Below, one piece after another: positions 1 through 9,203 of a stretch of 29,289 nucleotides of DNA. Numbering within the stretch: the stretch's first letter is position 1; every line of letters starts with the position of its first letter. The stretch comes from a virus (lineage: Duplodnaviria; Caudoviricetes). A program made the position numbers and the translations under genes. The notes beneath the pieces are model-generated. The model had not been told where the DNA came from and ran no database searches. It saw nothing but the letters and a program-made list of their open reading frames with translations. The stretch covers positions 1 through 29,289 of the IMG/VR virus record IMGVR_UViG_3300012953_000153; one strand, written 5' to 3'.

Positions 1-14
1 ATAGAAGAAACCAA

Positions 15-614
15 ATGAAAATGGTAAAGCGAGAGCAGGTCATTATCTTAGATGATCTGTTCACCGAACGCGAAGTGCAACAAATGGAAGAATACTTCAT
101 TCACTTTGACGGTTGGCAACTTATATTTGATGATCCATCACAAGATTTAAGTAGTTACTCTTTAGGTAAGGTTATAGACCAACCTAACTGGGGTAGATTT
201 GAGACATGGTGTGCTCAAATATTTCAGGAAAGATCTGGTATACCAGTGCCACCTTTCCATAGAGTAGTATATAACTGCTTTCGTTTTGGTGATTCTCCTA
301 ACCTACATATAGATGGGGAGTCCGAAGAATCTTTAAGTTTCATGGTCTATCCTATAAGCGAGTGGAATGAATCATGGGGATCAGAAACAGTATTCATTAG
401 AGATGGTGAAGTAACTGATGCAGTGGTTCCTAAACCTGGAAGAGTTGTAGTATTCCCAGGCTCTATACCACATGGTGCTAAAGCACCTAATCGTCAACAT
501 GGTGGTGTCGCAAGATTTAGTGCAGTGTTTCAATTTACACCAGGGCAAGAAGAAGAGATGCTGACACATGCCCAACAAGAACCGCCAAACGATAGACCTT
601 TTCCTTTAAGCTAA
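15..614 (+). CDS. 2OG-Fe(II) oxygenase (prolyl-hydroxylase-like)
   Basis: HxD (LHID), WxxxWGxET, PKPGRVVVFPGSIPH distal His and downstream R; stop overlaps the g17 start (TAATG). Confidence 0.85.
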   Translation: MKMVKREQVIILDDLFTEREVQQMEEYFIHFDGWQLIFDDPSQDLSSYSLGKVIDQPNWGRFETWCAQIFQERSGIPVPPFHRVVYNCFRFGDSPNLHIDGESEESLSFMVYPISEWNESWGSETVFIRDGEVTDAVVPKPGRVVVFPGSIPHGAKAPNRQHGGVARFSAVFQFTPGQEEEMLTHAQQEPPNDRPFPLS

Positions 615-2269
615 TGGCAACTGCTGCTACCGATATTTACTTAGGTAATCCTAATCTAAAGCGATCTAATGTCGCTCAAGATTTTACGAAGGAGCAGGTA
701 CAGGAGTATATTAAGTGTTCACGGAATCCTGCATACTTCATTAGGGAGTATGTCCAAATTGTTTCTCTTGATGAAGGATTAGTTCCTTTTGACATGTATC
801 CTTTCCAAGAGGAAATGGTGAACAAGTTTCATGAAAATAGATTCAACATTGCAAAATTACCCAGGCAATCTGGGAAGTCCACTATTGTTACGAGTTACCT
901 TCTATGGTACGTATTATTTAATGAAGAAGTTAACGTCGCGATCCTTGCCAACAAAGCGGCCACGTCGCGGGAAATGTTGGGGAGGTTACAGAAATCGTAC
1001 GAACACTTACCGAAATGGTTACAACAAGGGGTCGTAAACTGGAACAGAGGTAGTCTGGAACTAGAGAATGGTTCTAAGATCATGGCAGCATCTACATCTA
1101 GTAGTGCTGTTCGTGGTATGTCATTCAACGTTATATTCCTAGATGAGTTCGCATTCGTTCCTACACATATAGCAGATGAGTTCTTCTCCTCTGTATATCC
1201 TACTATATCTTCTGGTCAAAAAACCAAGGTCATAATCATATCCACACCCCATGGTATGAATATGTTCTACAAGTTATGGCATGATTCGGAACGCGGAAAA
1301 AATGAATATGTAAATACTGAAGTACACTGGTCTGAGATTCCTGGTAGAGATGCTAAGTGGAAAGAGCAGACAATTAGAAACACATCAGAACAACAGTTCA
1401 AAGTTGAGTTTGAGTGTGAGTTCTTAGGATCTGTTGATACTCTCATCTCACCAAGTAAGTTAAAAGTTTTAGCATATGATGATCCTGTTAAGACTAGTGC
1501 GGGATTAGATGTATACAAAGAAGTGGAGAAAGATCATCAGTATGTAATTGCAGTTGATGTGGCGAGAGGTGTTGCAGGAGATTATTCTGCGTTCGTAATT
1601 ATAGACACTACTACTTTCCCATATACACTGGTAGGTAAGTATAGAAACAATACTATTAAAGCCCTAATGTTCCCAAACATTGTGGTTCAGGCAGCTAATA
1701 ATTACAACCATGCATACGTTTTAGTAGAAGTAAATGATGTTGGAGGACAAGTTGCAGACATCATTCATTATGATTTGGAGTATGATAATCTGTTAATGGC
1801 ATCTATGAGAGGTAGGGCAGGGCAAGTTGTAGGTCAAGGATTCTCAGGAACTAAAGTTCAGATGGGAGTTAAGATGAGTACCACTGTTAAATCAATTGGG
1901 TGCTCTAATTTAAAAGCATTAATAGAAGAAGATAAACTCTTACTTGCTGATTATGATATCATATCTGAGCTGACTACATTCATTCAAAAAGGTAAATCAT
2001 TCCAAGCAGAAGAGGGTTGCAACGATGACCTGGCAATGTGTTTGGTGATATTTGGGTGGTTAGCATTACAACCTTATTTCAGAGAAATGAATGATAATGA
2101 TGTACGTCAAAAGATCTATGAAGATCAACGTGATGCTATAGAACAAGACATGGCACCATTCGGATTTATTAACGATGGAACTGCGGAAGATACGTTCGTT
2201 GATGCGGATGGAGATGTCTGGCATACAGACGAATACGGAGATCGTGCGTATATGTGGGAGTATCGTTGA
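614..2269 (+). CDS. g17: terminase large subunit (gp17)
   Basis: Walker A LPRQSGKS, Walker B VIFLDEFAF, IISTPHG, nuclease VDVARG and DDLAM; T4-like synteny. Confidence 0.97.
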   Translation: MATAATDIYLGNPNLKRSNVAQDFTKEQVQEYIKCSRNPAYFIREYVQIVSLDEGLVPFDMYPFQEEMVNKFHENRFNIAKLPRQSGKSTIVTSYLLWYVLFNEEVNVAILANKAATSREMLGRLQKSYEHLPKWLQQGVVNWNRGSLELENGSKIMAASTSSSAVRGMSFNVIFLDEFAFVPTHIADEFFSSVYPTISSGQKTKVIIISTPHGMNMFYKLWHDSERGKNEYVNTEVHWSEIPGRDAKWKEQTIRNTSEQQFKVEFECEFLGSVDTLISPSKLKVLAYDDPVKTSAGLDVYKEVEKDHQYVIAVDVARGVAGDYSAFVIIDTTTFPYTLVGKYRNNTIKALMFPNIVVQAANNYNHAYVLVEVNDVGGQVADIIHYDLEYDNLLMASMRGRAGQVVGQGFSGTKVQMGVKMSTTVKSIGCSNLKALIEEDKLLLADYDIISELTTFIQKGKSFQAEEGCNDDLAMCLVIFGWLALQPYFREMNDNDVRQKIYEDQRDAIEQDMAPFGFINDGTAEDTFVDADGDVWHTDEYGDRAYMWEYR

Positions 2270-2287
2270 TTCTCAGTAGTTGAAATT

Positions 2288-2295
2288 TATAAATA
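2288..2295 (+). promoter_or_regulatory. T4-type late promoter TATAAATA
   Basis: Exact T4 late consensus in the intergenic gap before g18; AGGAG SD downstream. Confidence 0.8.
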
Positions 2296-2336
2296 TTTCT
2301 AGAAAACTGATATAGTATTCTTTAGGAGAAGATCAC

Positions 2337-4739
2337 ATGGCAGCGTCACAATTATCGCCAGGTGTCGTTATTAGGGAGCGCGACTTCACTACCGTTAGCA
2401 CAGTATCACTGGCTAATATTGGTGCGATTGCTGCACCATTTGAAAGAGGTCCAGTAGAGCAGATCGTTGATGTAAACAACGAAAGAACTCTCATCTCAAC
2501 CTTCGGCAAACCAAATGAGAGCAACTACGAGTATTGGTTCACAGCCGCTCAATTCTTGAGCTACGGTGGAACACTTAAAACTATTCGTGCAGATGCAACA
2601 AACCTTAAAAATGCGGTAAGCAATGGTGCTGCTGTAAAGATTAAGAATTTACAAAACTACGAGACAACTTACGAGACAGGACAAACTAACACTTGGAGAT
2701 TTGGAACTACAACTCCTGGTGCATATGGTAACTCTCTAAGAGTCTTCATAACAGATGCTGGTGCAGACCAGATCGCAACTATTACAGCTCCTAATTCAGG
2801 TAACGAATTTGAATTCGTTAAAGGAGACCCTCTTGTAAACGGTGGTACTTCAGGTAAAGTATTCCGTTATGTTGTTAAACTACAAATTGAAACTGATGTC
2901 ACAGGTGAATTTACTCCTAAAGTACATGGTGCATGGACACAAGGTACATACTACAGTCAGTACGCTAGAGTTTCAAACGGTGGTAATTCATACGTAGCAA
3001 CTAATTCAGGTACAGCAGGTGCTTCTGCTCCTACACACACTTCAGGTGAAACAACTGATGGTGCTGTTGTTTGGGCATACGAAGGATCAGTCACTGCTTC
3101 AACAATTGAAATTAGTGGATCTCCTCAAACAGTTGATATTCTTTCATGGAATAGTGTAGACAGAATTGCTGAGATTGCAATCCCTGCTGCTGGTATAACT
3201 GGTATCATTGATAATACAATGGTATTAACACAAGGTACTGTAACAGGTTCTATTGATACTGTTACTCGCGAACTACAAATTGTTCTTGATAAGAACTCAG
3301 GTGCATTCGCTGCAACTAATACAGTTTCTGATGACAACTCTGCTACTGCTACTATCGGTGCAGTAAGAGAAGAGTATCCAGAGCGTGAGTATCTACCTGG
3401 CAAAAAGTGGATCTCATTCGCTTCTAGACCTGGTACTTCACTCTATGCAGCTGATAAAGGTGGATACCGTGATGAACTACACGTTATAGTTCTTGATGGA
3501 GACGGTGCTCTAACAGGTACACCTAATACTCTCCTTGAGAAATTCGTTGCAGTTTCTAAAGCAACTGATGCTAAGAGTACAGTTGGTGAGAACAATTACT
3601 ACGCTAATGTTCTTAAGCAAACTTCTTCTTACATCTATTGGGGTAATCATACTGCTGAAACATTTACAGTAGGTGCTGCTTCATCCACAGGTGACTGGGG
3701 TAATGTTGCTGCTAACCGTTCATTCAACCTAATTCAATCCGCAGGTCCTGTTCTTTCAGAACCAGATGGAAAAGAATTGTATGCAGGATTTGAAGGTTCT
3801 TCTGTTCAATACCAGTTTGCTGGTGGTGCAGATGACTATACAAATACTTCAGCAAACTTTAGTACAGCATACAACTTAGTATCAGATGCAGAATCTATAC
3901 AAGTTGATTACATCCTTAGCGGACCTCAAGGTTCCACTGCTGATGCTGCTGTAGCAAAAGCAAATGCTATCCTTAACATAGTTAATACAAGAAAAGATTG
4001 CCTAGCATTCTTCTCTCCACAGAGATCTGACATCATTGGTCAGTCTGACTCTGATGTAATTACAGATCGTATTCTCGCTTATTTCACTAAGTTAGGATCT
4101 ACATCTTATGCAGTTCTAGATGCTGGTTACAAGTACATCTATGACAAGTACAGTGATGTTTATCGTTACATCCCTTGTAATGGTGACGTTGCAGGATTAT
4201 GTCTAGAGACTGGTGTTCAACAGGATCCATGGTTCTCACCTGCTGGTTTCTCAAGAGGTGTTCTACGCAACTCTATTAAACTTGCTTACTCTCCTAATAA
4301 AGATCAGAGAGATAAGTTATACGCAGAAAGAGTTAACCCAATTGTGTCTTTCCCAGGACAAGGTATTATCCTATTCGGTGACAAGACTGCTCTTGGATAT
4401 CAATCTGCATTTGACAGAATCAATGTCAGACGCTTATTCCTCACAATGGAGAGAGTTATAAGTAGTGCAGCAAAGCAACAACTATTTGAACAGAATGATG
4501 AGACCTCAAGGTCACTCTTCCGTAATATTGTTGAACCATATCTTCGTGACGTACAAGGACGTAGAGGTGTAACAGACTTCTTAGTCAAGTGTGATGAAGA
4601 GAATAATCCTCCTGATGCAGTTGATCGTGGTGAGTTCTACGCTGAAATATACGTTAAACCTACACGTACTATCAATTACATTACATTGACATTCACAGCA
4701 ACCAGAACAGGCGTAGCCTTCTCTGAAATTGCTTCTTAG
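2337..4739 (+). CDS. g18: tail sheath protein (gp18)
   Basis: SPGVVIRERD N-terminus, PWFSPAGFSRG, FDRINVRRLF, KPTRTINYITLTF C-terminus. Confidence 0.97.
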   Translation: MAASQLSPGVVIRERDFTTVSTVSLANIGAIAAPFERGPVEQIVDVNNERTLISTFGKPNESNYEYWFTAAQFLSYGGTLKTIRADATNLKNAVSNGAAVKIKNLQNYETTYETGQTNTWRFGTTTPGAYGNSLRVFITDAGADQIATITAPNSGNEFEFVKGDPLVNGGTSGKVFRYVVKLQIETDVTGEFTPKVHGAWTQGTYYSQYARVSNGGNSYVATNSGTAGASAPTHTSGETTDGAVVWAYEGSVTASTIEISGSPQTVDILSWNSVDRIAEIAIPAAGITGIIDNTMVLTQGTVTGSIDTVTRELQIVLDKNSGAFAATNTVSDDNSATATIGAVREEYPEREYLPGKKWISFASRPGTSLYAADKGGYRDELHVIVLDGDGALTGTPNTLLEKFVAVSKATDAKSTVGENNYYANVLKQTSSYIYWGNHTAETFTVGAASSTGDWGNVAANRSFNLIQSAGPVLSEPDGKELYAGFEGSSVQYQFAGGADDYTNTSANFSTAYNLVSDAESIQVDYILSGPQGSTADAAVAKANAILNIVNTRKDCLAFFSPQRSDIIGQSDSDVITDRILAYFTKLGSTSYAVLDAGYKYIYDKYSDVYRYIPCNGDVAGLCLETGVQQDPWFSPAGFSRGVLRNSIKLAYSPNKDQRDKLYAERVNPIVSFPGQGIILFGDKTALGYQSAFDRINVRRLFLTMERVISSAAKQQLFEQNDETSRSLFRNIVEPYLRDVQGRRGVTDFLVKCDEENNPPDAVDRGEFYAEIYVKPTRTINYITLTFTATRTGVAFSEIAS

Positions 4740-4740
4740 T

Positions 4741-4747
4741 CTAAATA
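4741..4747 (+). promoter_or_regulatory. late promoter (CTAAATA variant) for g19
   Basis: TAAATA just after the g18 stop, GGAGG SD downstream. Confidence 0.65.
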
Positions 4748-4774
4748 ATAATATCAGACGGAGGATAACAGAAA

Positions 4775-5365
4775 ATGGCAGTAAGAGGCACTATTGACTC
4801 ATTTAAGTCAAGTGTAGTTTCGGATTTTGCGAGACCTAATCTATTCCAAGTAGATTTAAGTTTCCCTACAGAAGTTATCGCGAACGCTACTGGTCTGAGT
4901 GATTTGGGTAAGTTCACTGTGAGAGCAGCGAATCTACCTTCCTCCCAGATGGGTATCGTTGAGGTTCCATTCCGAGGTCGCGTATTAAAAATCGCTGGCG
5001 ATAGGACATTTGAACCTTGGACAATTACTATTATGAACGATAGTAGATTTTCCCTAAGAAATGCTTTTGAGGCTTGGGTAGAGAAAATTCAGGCAGCAAA
5101 CGAAAACATCACTCAAACATCAGGACTTGGTGACGAGTCTGATGCTACAGGATATTTCACAGATATGTTTGTACATCAACTTTCTCGTGACGCTTCTTCT
5201 TCAGAGAAGTCAACGATTCTAAGATCGTATAAATTTACTGATGTATTCCCAAGTAATGTTTCAGCAATAGATTTGGACTTCGGATCAAATGATGCTGTTG
5301 AAGAGTTTACTGTAGAACTACAAGTTCAGTACTGGCAAGCAATCCCAGATGGGGTAGTTGCTTAA
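4775..5365 (+). CDS. g19: tail tube protein (gp19)
   Basis: ARPNLFQV, VPFRGRVLKIAGDRTFEPWTITIMND, EEFTVELQVQYW. Confidence 0.96.
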   Translation: MAVRGTIDSFKSSVVSDFARPNLFQVDLSFPTEVIANATGLSDLGKFTVRAANLPSSQMGIVEVPFRGRVLKIAGDRTFEPWTITIMNDSRFSLRNAFEAWVEKIQAANENITQTSGLGDESDATGYFTDMFVHQLSRDASSSEKSTILRSYKFTDVFPSNVSAIDLDFGSNDAVEEFTVELQVQYWQAIPDGVVA

Positions 5366-5384
5366 AAGGGGTTTTGAAACCTTG

Positions 5385-5391
5385 CTAAATA
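5385..5391 (+). promoter_or_regulatory. late promoter (CTAAATA variant) for g20
   Basis: TAAATA in the g19-g20 gap. Confidence 0.6.
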
Positions 5392-5413
5392 ACTATATAA
5401 TAGATCAAGATTG

Positions 5414-7030
5414 ATGTCACAGCTATTCGGTTTTTCAATTGAACGTGCGAAGAAGGCTCCAAAGGGGCCTTCTTTTGTACAGAAAGACCACCTAGACGGT
5501 TCGTATCCTGTCGTAGGTGGTTCTCATTTTGGGTACACCGTAGATATTGATGGCACAGTTCGTAATGAGTATGAACTAATTGGTCGTTACCGTGATATGA
5601 TTCTACAACCAGAGTGTGACTCTGCTGTAGATGACGTTGTTAATGAGACTATCTGTGGTAATTTTGATGCAGTTCCTGTATCATTAGAACTATCCAACCT
5701 TAAAGTTGGTGAAAAGATTAAGAAATTAATGAGGGATGAGTTTGATGTCATCCTTAAGCTTTTAGATTTTGACAATAGAAGTTATGAGATCTTCCGACGC
5801 TGGTATGTGGACGGAAGACTTTTTTATCATAAGGTAATAGACCCTAAGCAGCCAAAAAAGGGTCTTGTAGATATCAGATACATTGACCCTCGTAAGATAC
5901 GTAAAGTTACTGAGATTGACAACAAACCAGTTCGTACAAATACTCAGATTAACGATGCATTATCTCAGAAACAAACAGATTACTTCCTGTATAATCCTAA
6001 AGGACTAAAGCAGACAGGTAATCAGGGACTGAAGATTGCTCCTGATTCCATATGTTATGTGCATAGTGGTATCATGGATCTGAATAAGAACATGGTATTA
6101 TCTCACCTACATAAGGCAATCAAAGCGGTAAACCAACTCCGCATGATTGAGGACTCTCTAGTCATCTATCGTTTGTCTCGTGCACCAGAACGTAGAATAT
6201 TCTATATTGATGTAGGTAACTTACCTAAGCAAAAAGCGGAGCAGTACCTCCGTGAAGTTATGGGTAGATACCGTAACAAGTTAGTATATGATGCATCTAC
6301 TGGTGAGATCAGAGATGATAAGAAATTCATGTCTATGCTAGAAGATTTCTGGTTACCTAGACGTGAAGGTGGTCGTGGTACTGAGATCACAACTCTACCT
6401 GGTGGACAGAACTTGGGTGAATTGGAAGATGTCAAATACTTCCAAAAGAAATTATACAAAGCATTAAACGTCCCAACTTCAAGACTAGAAACAGAGACAA
6501 CATTTAACATTGGTCGTGCTGCTGAAATCACACGAGACGAAGTTAAATTCCAAAAATTCATTGCACGTCTACGCAAGAGATTCGGGGAGATGTTCCTAGA
6601 TCTTTTGAAGACACAACTTATACTTAAGGGCATTTGTTCCATTGAAGAATGGGATGAGATGAAGGAGAACATCACGATTGATTATATCGCTGATAGTTAC
6701 TTCAATGAACTTAAGGAGACAGAAATCCGTAACGAGAGAATGAATCTTGTTAATGTTATGGATCCATTTGTCGGCAAGTACTTCTCCATTGAACACATAC
6801 GTCGTCAGATCCTTAAACAGACTGATGTAGAATTAAAAGAAATAGATAAACAGATAGATCAGGAGATGGAGGAAGGTAAGATCGTAGATCCTGCCGAGGA
6901 AGCAATGATGGCCGCTGCTGGAGGTATGGAGGGAGATCCTGCTGCTGGCGGTGCCCCTGCACAAGAACAGAAACCTCTGTTTTCCGATGCAGAACTAAGT
7001 AGTTCTGACGCGAAGCGCGGAACTTTCTAA
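5414..7030 (+). CDS. g20: portal vertex protein (gp20)
   Basis: SQLFGFSI, IYRLSRAPERRIFYIDVGNLPK, EDFWLPRREGGRGTEITTLPGGQNLGE; ATG 5414 preferred over TTG 5411. Confidence 0.97.
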   Translation: MSQLFGFSIERAKKAPKGPSFVQKDHLDGSYPVVGGSHFGYTVDIDGTVRNEYELIGRYRDMILQPECDSAVDDVVNETICGNFDAVPVSLELSNLKVGEKIKKLMRDEFDVILKLLDFDNRSYEIFRRWYVDGRLFYHKVIDPKQPKKGLVDIRYIDPRKIRKVTEIDNKPVRTNTQINDALSQKQTDYFLYNPKGLKQTGNQGLKIAPDSICYVHSGIMDLNKNMVLSHLHKAIKAVNQLRMIEDSLVIYRLSRAPERRIFYIDVGNLPKQKAEQYLREVMGRYRNKLVYDASTGEIRDDKKFMSMLEDFWLPRREGGRGTEITTLPGGQNLGELEDVKYFQKKLYKALNVPTSRLETETTFNIGRAAEITRDEVKFQKFIARLRKRFGEMFLDLLKTQLILKGICSIEEWDEMKENITIDYIADSYFNELKETEIRNERMNLVNVMDPFVGKYFSIEHIRRQILKQTDVELKEIDKQIDQEMEEGKIVDPAEEAMMAAAGGMEGDPAAGGAPAQEQKPLFSDAELSSSDAKRGTF

Positions 7031-7033
7031 ATA
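7027..7033 (+). promoter_or_regulatory. late promoter (CTAAATA) overlapping the g20 stop
   Basis: TAAATA includes the g20 TAA stop and lies upstream of the next ORF. Confidence 0.6.
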
Positions 7034-7055
7034 GTATATGTAACAACCGAATATT

Positions 7056-7397
7056 ATGGCTTCAGAAATAGCAACTGACATAGTGAATAAGATCTTTGCC
7101 GACGATAAGGCAGGTGCAGTAGATGCAACCAACGATGCAATATCAGCAGCAAGTTATGATCTAGTTCAAGCAAAGAAAGCAGACTGGGCAAAGAACTGGG
7201 GATATGACCCAGACGATACTGCTCAAAAAGCTGCTGATGATGTAGCAGCATCATTACCTGATGGGACTGATCAAGCAAAGGACTACGTTCCTAGCGAGGA
7301 AGAACCAACGGTTGAAACAGAACCAGAAGCACCTCAAGCTTCTGCGGAACCTGAAGCAACACAAGACGAGGAACAACCAGATGAAACTAATAGCTGA
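7056..7397 (+). CDS. acidic hypothetical, probable prohead core protein (gp67/68 position)
   Basis: Sits between g20 and g21; acidic E/P/A-rich C-terminal half. Function inferred from synteny only. Confidence 0.7.
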   Translation: MASEIATDIVNKIFADDKAGAVDATNDAISAASYDLVQAKKADWAKNWGYDPDDTAQKAADDVAASLPDGTDQAKDYVPSEEEPTVETEPEAPQASAEPEATQDEEQPDETNS

Positions 7398-8025
7398 AGA
7401 AATTGAATCAGTTGAGTTTATTACCGAAGAAAAAAACGGTAAGAAATCTCACTACATTGAAGGTATCTTTTTGCAAGGTGACATCAAAAACCGTAATGGG
7501 AGAATGTATCCTATTCATGTCCTTGCAAATGAAGTTGCTAAATATGATCAGAAGTCTATTCAAACTGGACGTGCTCTAGGTGAACTAGGTCATCCTGATG
7601 GTCCTTCCATCAACCTTGATCGCGTATCACATAAGATCACACGTTTAGAACAGAGTGGATCAAACTTTATAGGTAGAGCAAAACTTCTTGGCACACCAAT
7701 GGGAACAATTGCTAAAAACCTACTTGATGAAGGTGTAAAACTTGGTGTATCTTCTAGAGGTATGGGATCCATACGTCGGGAGAACAATTGTAATGTAATA
7801 CAAGATGACTTCATGTTGTCTACAGCAGCAGACATAGTTGCTGATCCATCAGCTCCAGACGCATTTGTGGATGGAATCATGGAAGGTAAAGAGTGGGTAT
7901 GGGATAATGGGATCATAAAAGAGTCCCAAGTGGCACAAATCAAGAAAGAAATTGACTCTGCTACACTTATCAATATCCAAGAACGTAAGATTTCCGCGTT
8001 TGAATCCTTTTTACAAACATTATAA
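7381..8025 (+). CDS. g21: prohead core protease (gp21)
   Basis: MKLIAEE start at 7381 with GAGG upstream; NRNGRMYP, ALGELGHP, GVSSRGMGS, DIVADPSAPDAFV. Confidence 0.95.
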   Translation: MKLIAEEIESVEFITEEKNGKKSHYIEGIFLQGDIKNRNGRMYPIHVLANEVAKYDQKSIQTGRALGELGHPDGPSINLDRVSHKITRLEQSGSNFIGRAKLLGTPMGTIAKNLLDEGVKLGVSSRGMGSIRRENNCNVIQDDFMLSTAADIVADPSAPDAFVDGIMEGKEWVWDNGIIKESQVAQIKKEIDSATLINIQERKISAFESFLQTL

Positions 8026-8027
8026 AG

Positions 8028-8035
8028 TATAAATA
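8028..8035 (+). promoter_or_regulatory. T4-type late promoter TATAAATA for g22/g23
   Basis: Exact consensus in the g21-g22 gap. Confidence 0.8.
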
Positions 8036-8075
8036 ATCTTAGATAAAGCAAATGCTGAGTACAGGAGAACCACAA

Positions 8076-9155
8076 ATGTCCGAAACCCGCGACACAGAAT
8101 TTGAGGCTTCAATGTCATCAACTGCGACTCTTACCGAAGACGCAGCGACTGGCGTTGCAGCAATAAAGAAGGGGGCAACCTCTGGTGAAAAAATTGATAC
8201 CTCTGGTGCGAGTCACTCCGACATCGGTGGATCAGATAGTAAGTCCAACCCCGAAGGTACCGAAAACCTCGGAGCTAAGGCATCTGCACCTGTTGGTGTA
8301 GAAGGAGATAAGTCAATTAAGACTAAACCCTCCGCAGCTGGAACTGGTAACGTAAGTGCTGGTTTATCAGGAAAACTTTTTGACTCTAAGGAGCAAGATG
8401 GCGAAACGATCCAAGAAGAAACCCCTGAAGCCGAGTACGACTTTACTGAAGATGTTGACGCTCTTGTCGCTGGTGAAGAACTAAGCGAAGAGTTTAGAGA
8501 GAAAGCAGTTACTATTTTTGAAGCTGCAGTGAACTCTAGAGTCACTAAAGAGAAAGCATCTCTACAGGAAGCATTTGAAAATGCACTCACCGAACAGGTA
8601 GAGGCAATCAAAACAGAATTGGCCGAAAAGGTTGACGATTACATCTCGTATGCTGCAAAGCAGTGGAGCGAAGAGAACTCCCTAGCTATAGAGCATGGCG
8701 TTAAGAACGAGATAGCAGAGTCATTCATGGACGGTCTAAAAGGTCTTTTTGAGGAGCACCATGTTGGTGTACCCGAAGAGAAGTTCAATCTACTTGACGG
8801 TATGGTTGAGCAAATTGATGAGATGGAAGGAAAACTCAACGAGCAAATTGAATCCAATGTATCTTTGAATAAGAGACTTGGGTCTTATATAAAAATGGAA
8901 ATTGTGAACGAATGTGGTCACGGTCTTACCGAGACGCAGAAAGAGAAACTAAGTGAACTTTCTGAGGGTGTTGAGTTTGAGAGTGAAGATGATTTTAAAA
9001 CTAAAATCACAACTATTAAAGAATCCTACTTTACGAAAAAGGTTGACGCACCTAGTGCAGATCCTGTAGAGGACGTGGATCCTGTAGTAGACGAGGCCAA
9101 ATTAACTGGCGCAATGGGAGCTTATGTTGATACCCTGAGCCGTTGGTCTACATAA
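8076..9155 (+). CDS. g22: prohead core scaffold protein (gp22)
   Basis: LSEEFREKAVTIFEAAV, KVDDYISYAAKQW, AESFMDGLKGLFEEH, TIKESYF; AGGAG SD favours the MSETR start over 8052. Confidence 0.93.
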   Translation: MSETRDTEFEASMSSTATLTEDAATGVAAIKKGATSGEKIDTSGASHSDIGGSDSKSNPEGTENLGAKASAPVGVEGDKSIKTKPSAAGTGNVSAGLSGKLFDSKEQDGETIQEETPEAEYDFTEDVDALVAGEELSEEFREKAVTIFEAAVNSRVTKEKASLQEAFENALTEQVEAIKTELAEKVDDYISYAAKQWSEENSLAIEHGVKNEIAESFMDGLKGLFEEHHVGVPEEKFNLLDGMVEQIDEMEGKLNEQIESNVSLNKRLGSYIKMEIVNECGHGLTETQKEKLSELSEGVEFESEDDFKTKITTIKESYFTKKVDAPSADPVEDVDPVVDEAKLTGAMGAYVDTLSRWST

Positions 9156-9203
9156 ATGATGGTTTGTAAAAATACTACTTTTCTATTTTTAAAGGAAAAT
9201 TAA

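Noticed and set aside
5366-5383. Possible terminator hairpin after g19 (GGTTT/AAACC)
   Set aside because: Short weak stem, loop too small, no T tract.
7261-7380. Longer g21 start
   Set aside because: Overlaps the upstream gene by over 130 nt; MKLI start with SD at 7381 fits gp21.
6202-8611. Long antisense ORFs (6202-6675, 7590-8075, 8213-8611)
   Set aside because: Shadow frames of conserved structural genes, Ser-rich with no motifs.
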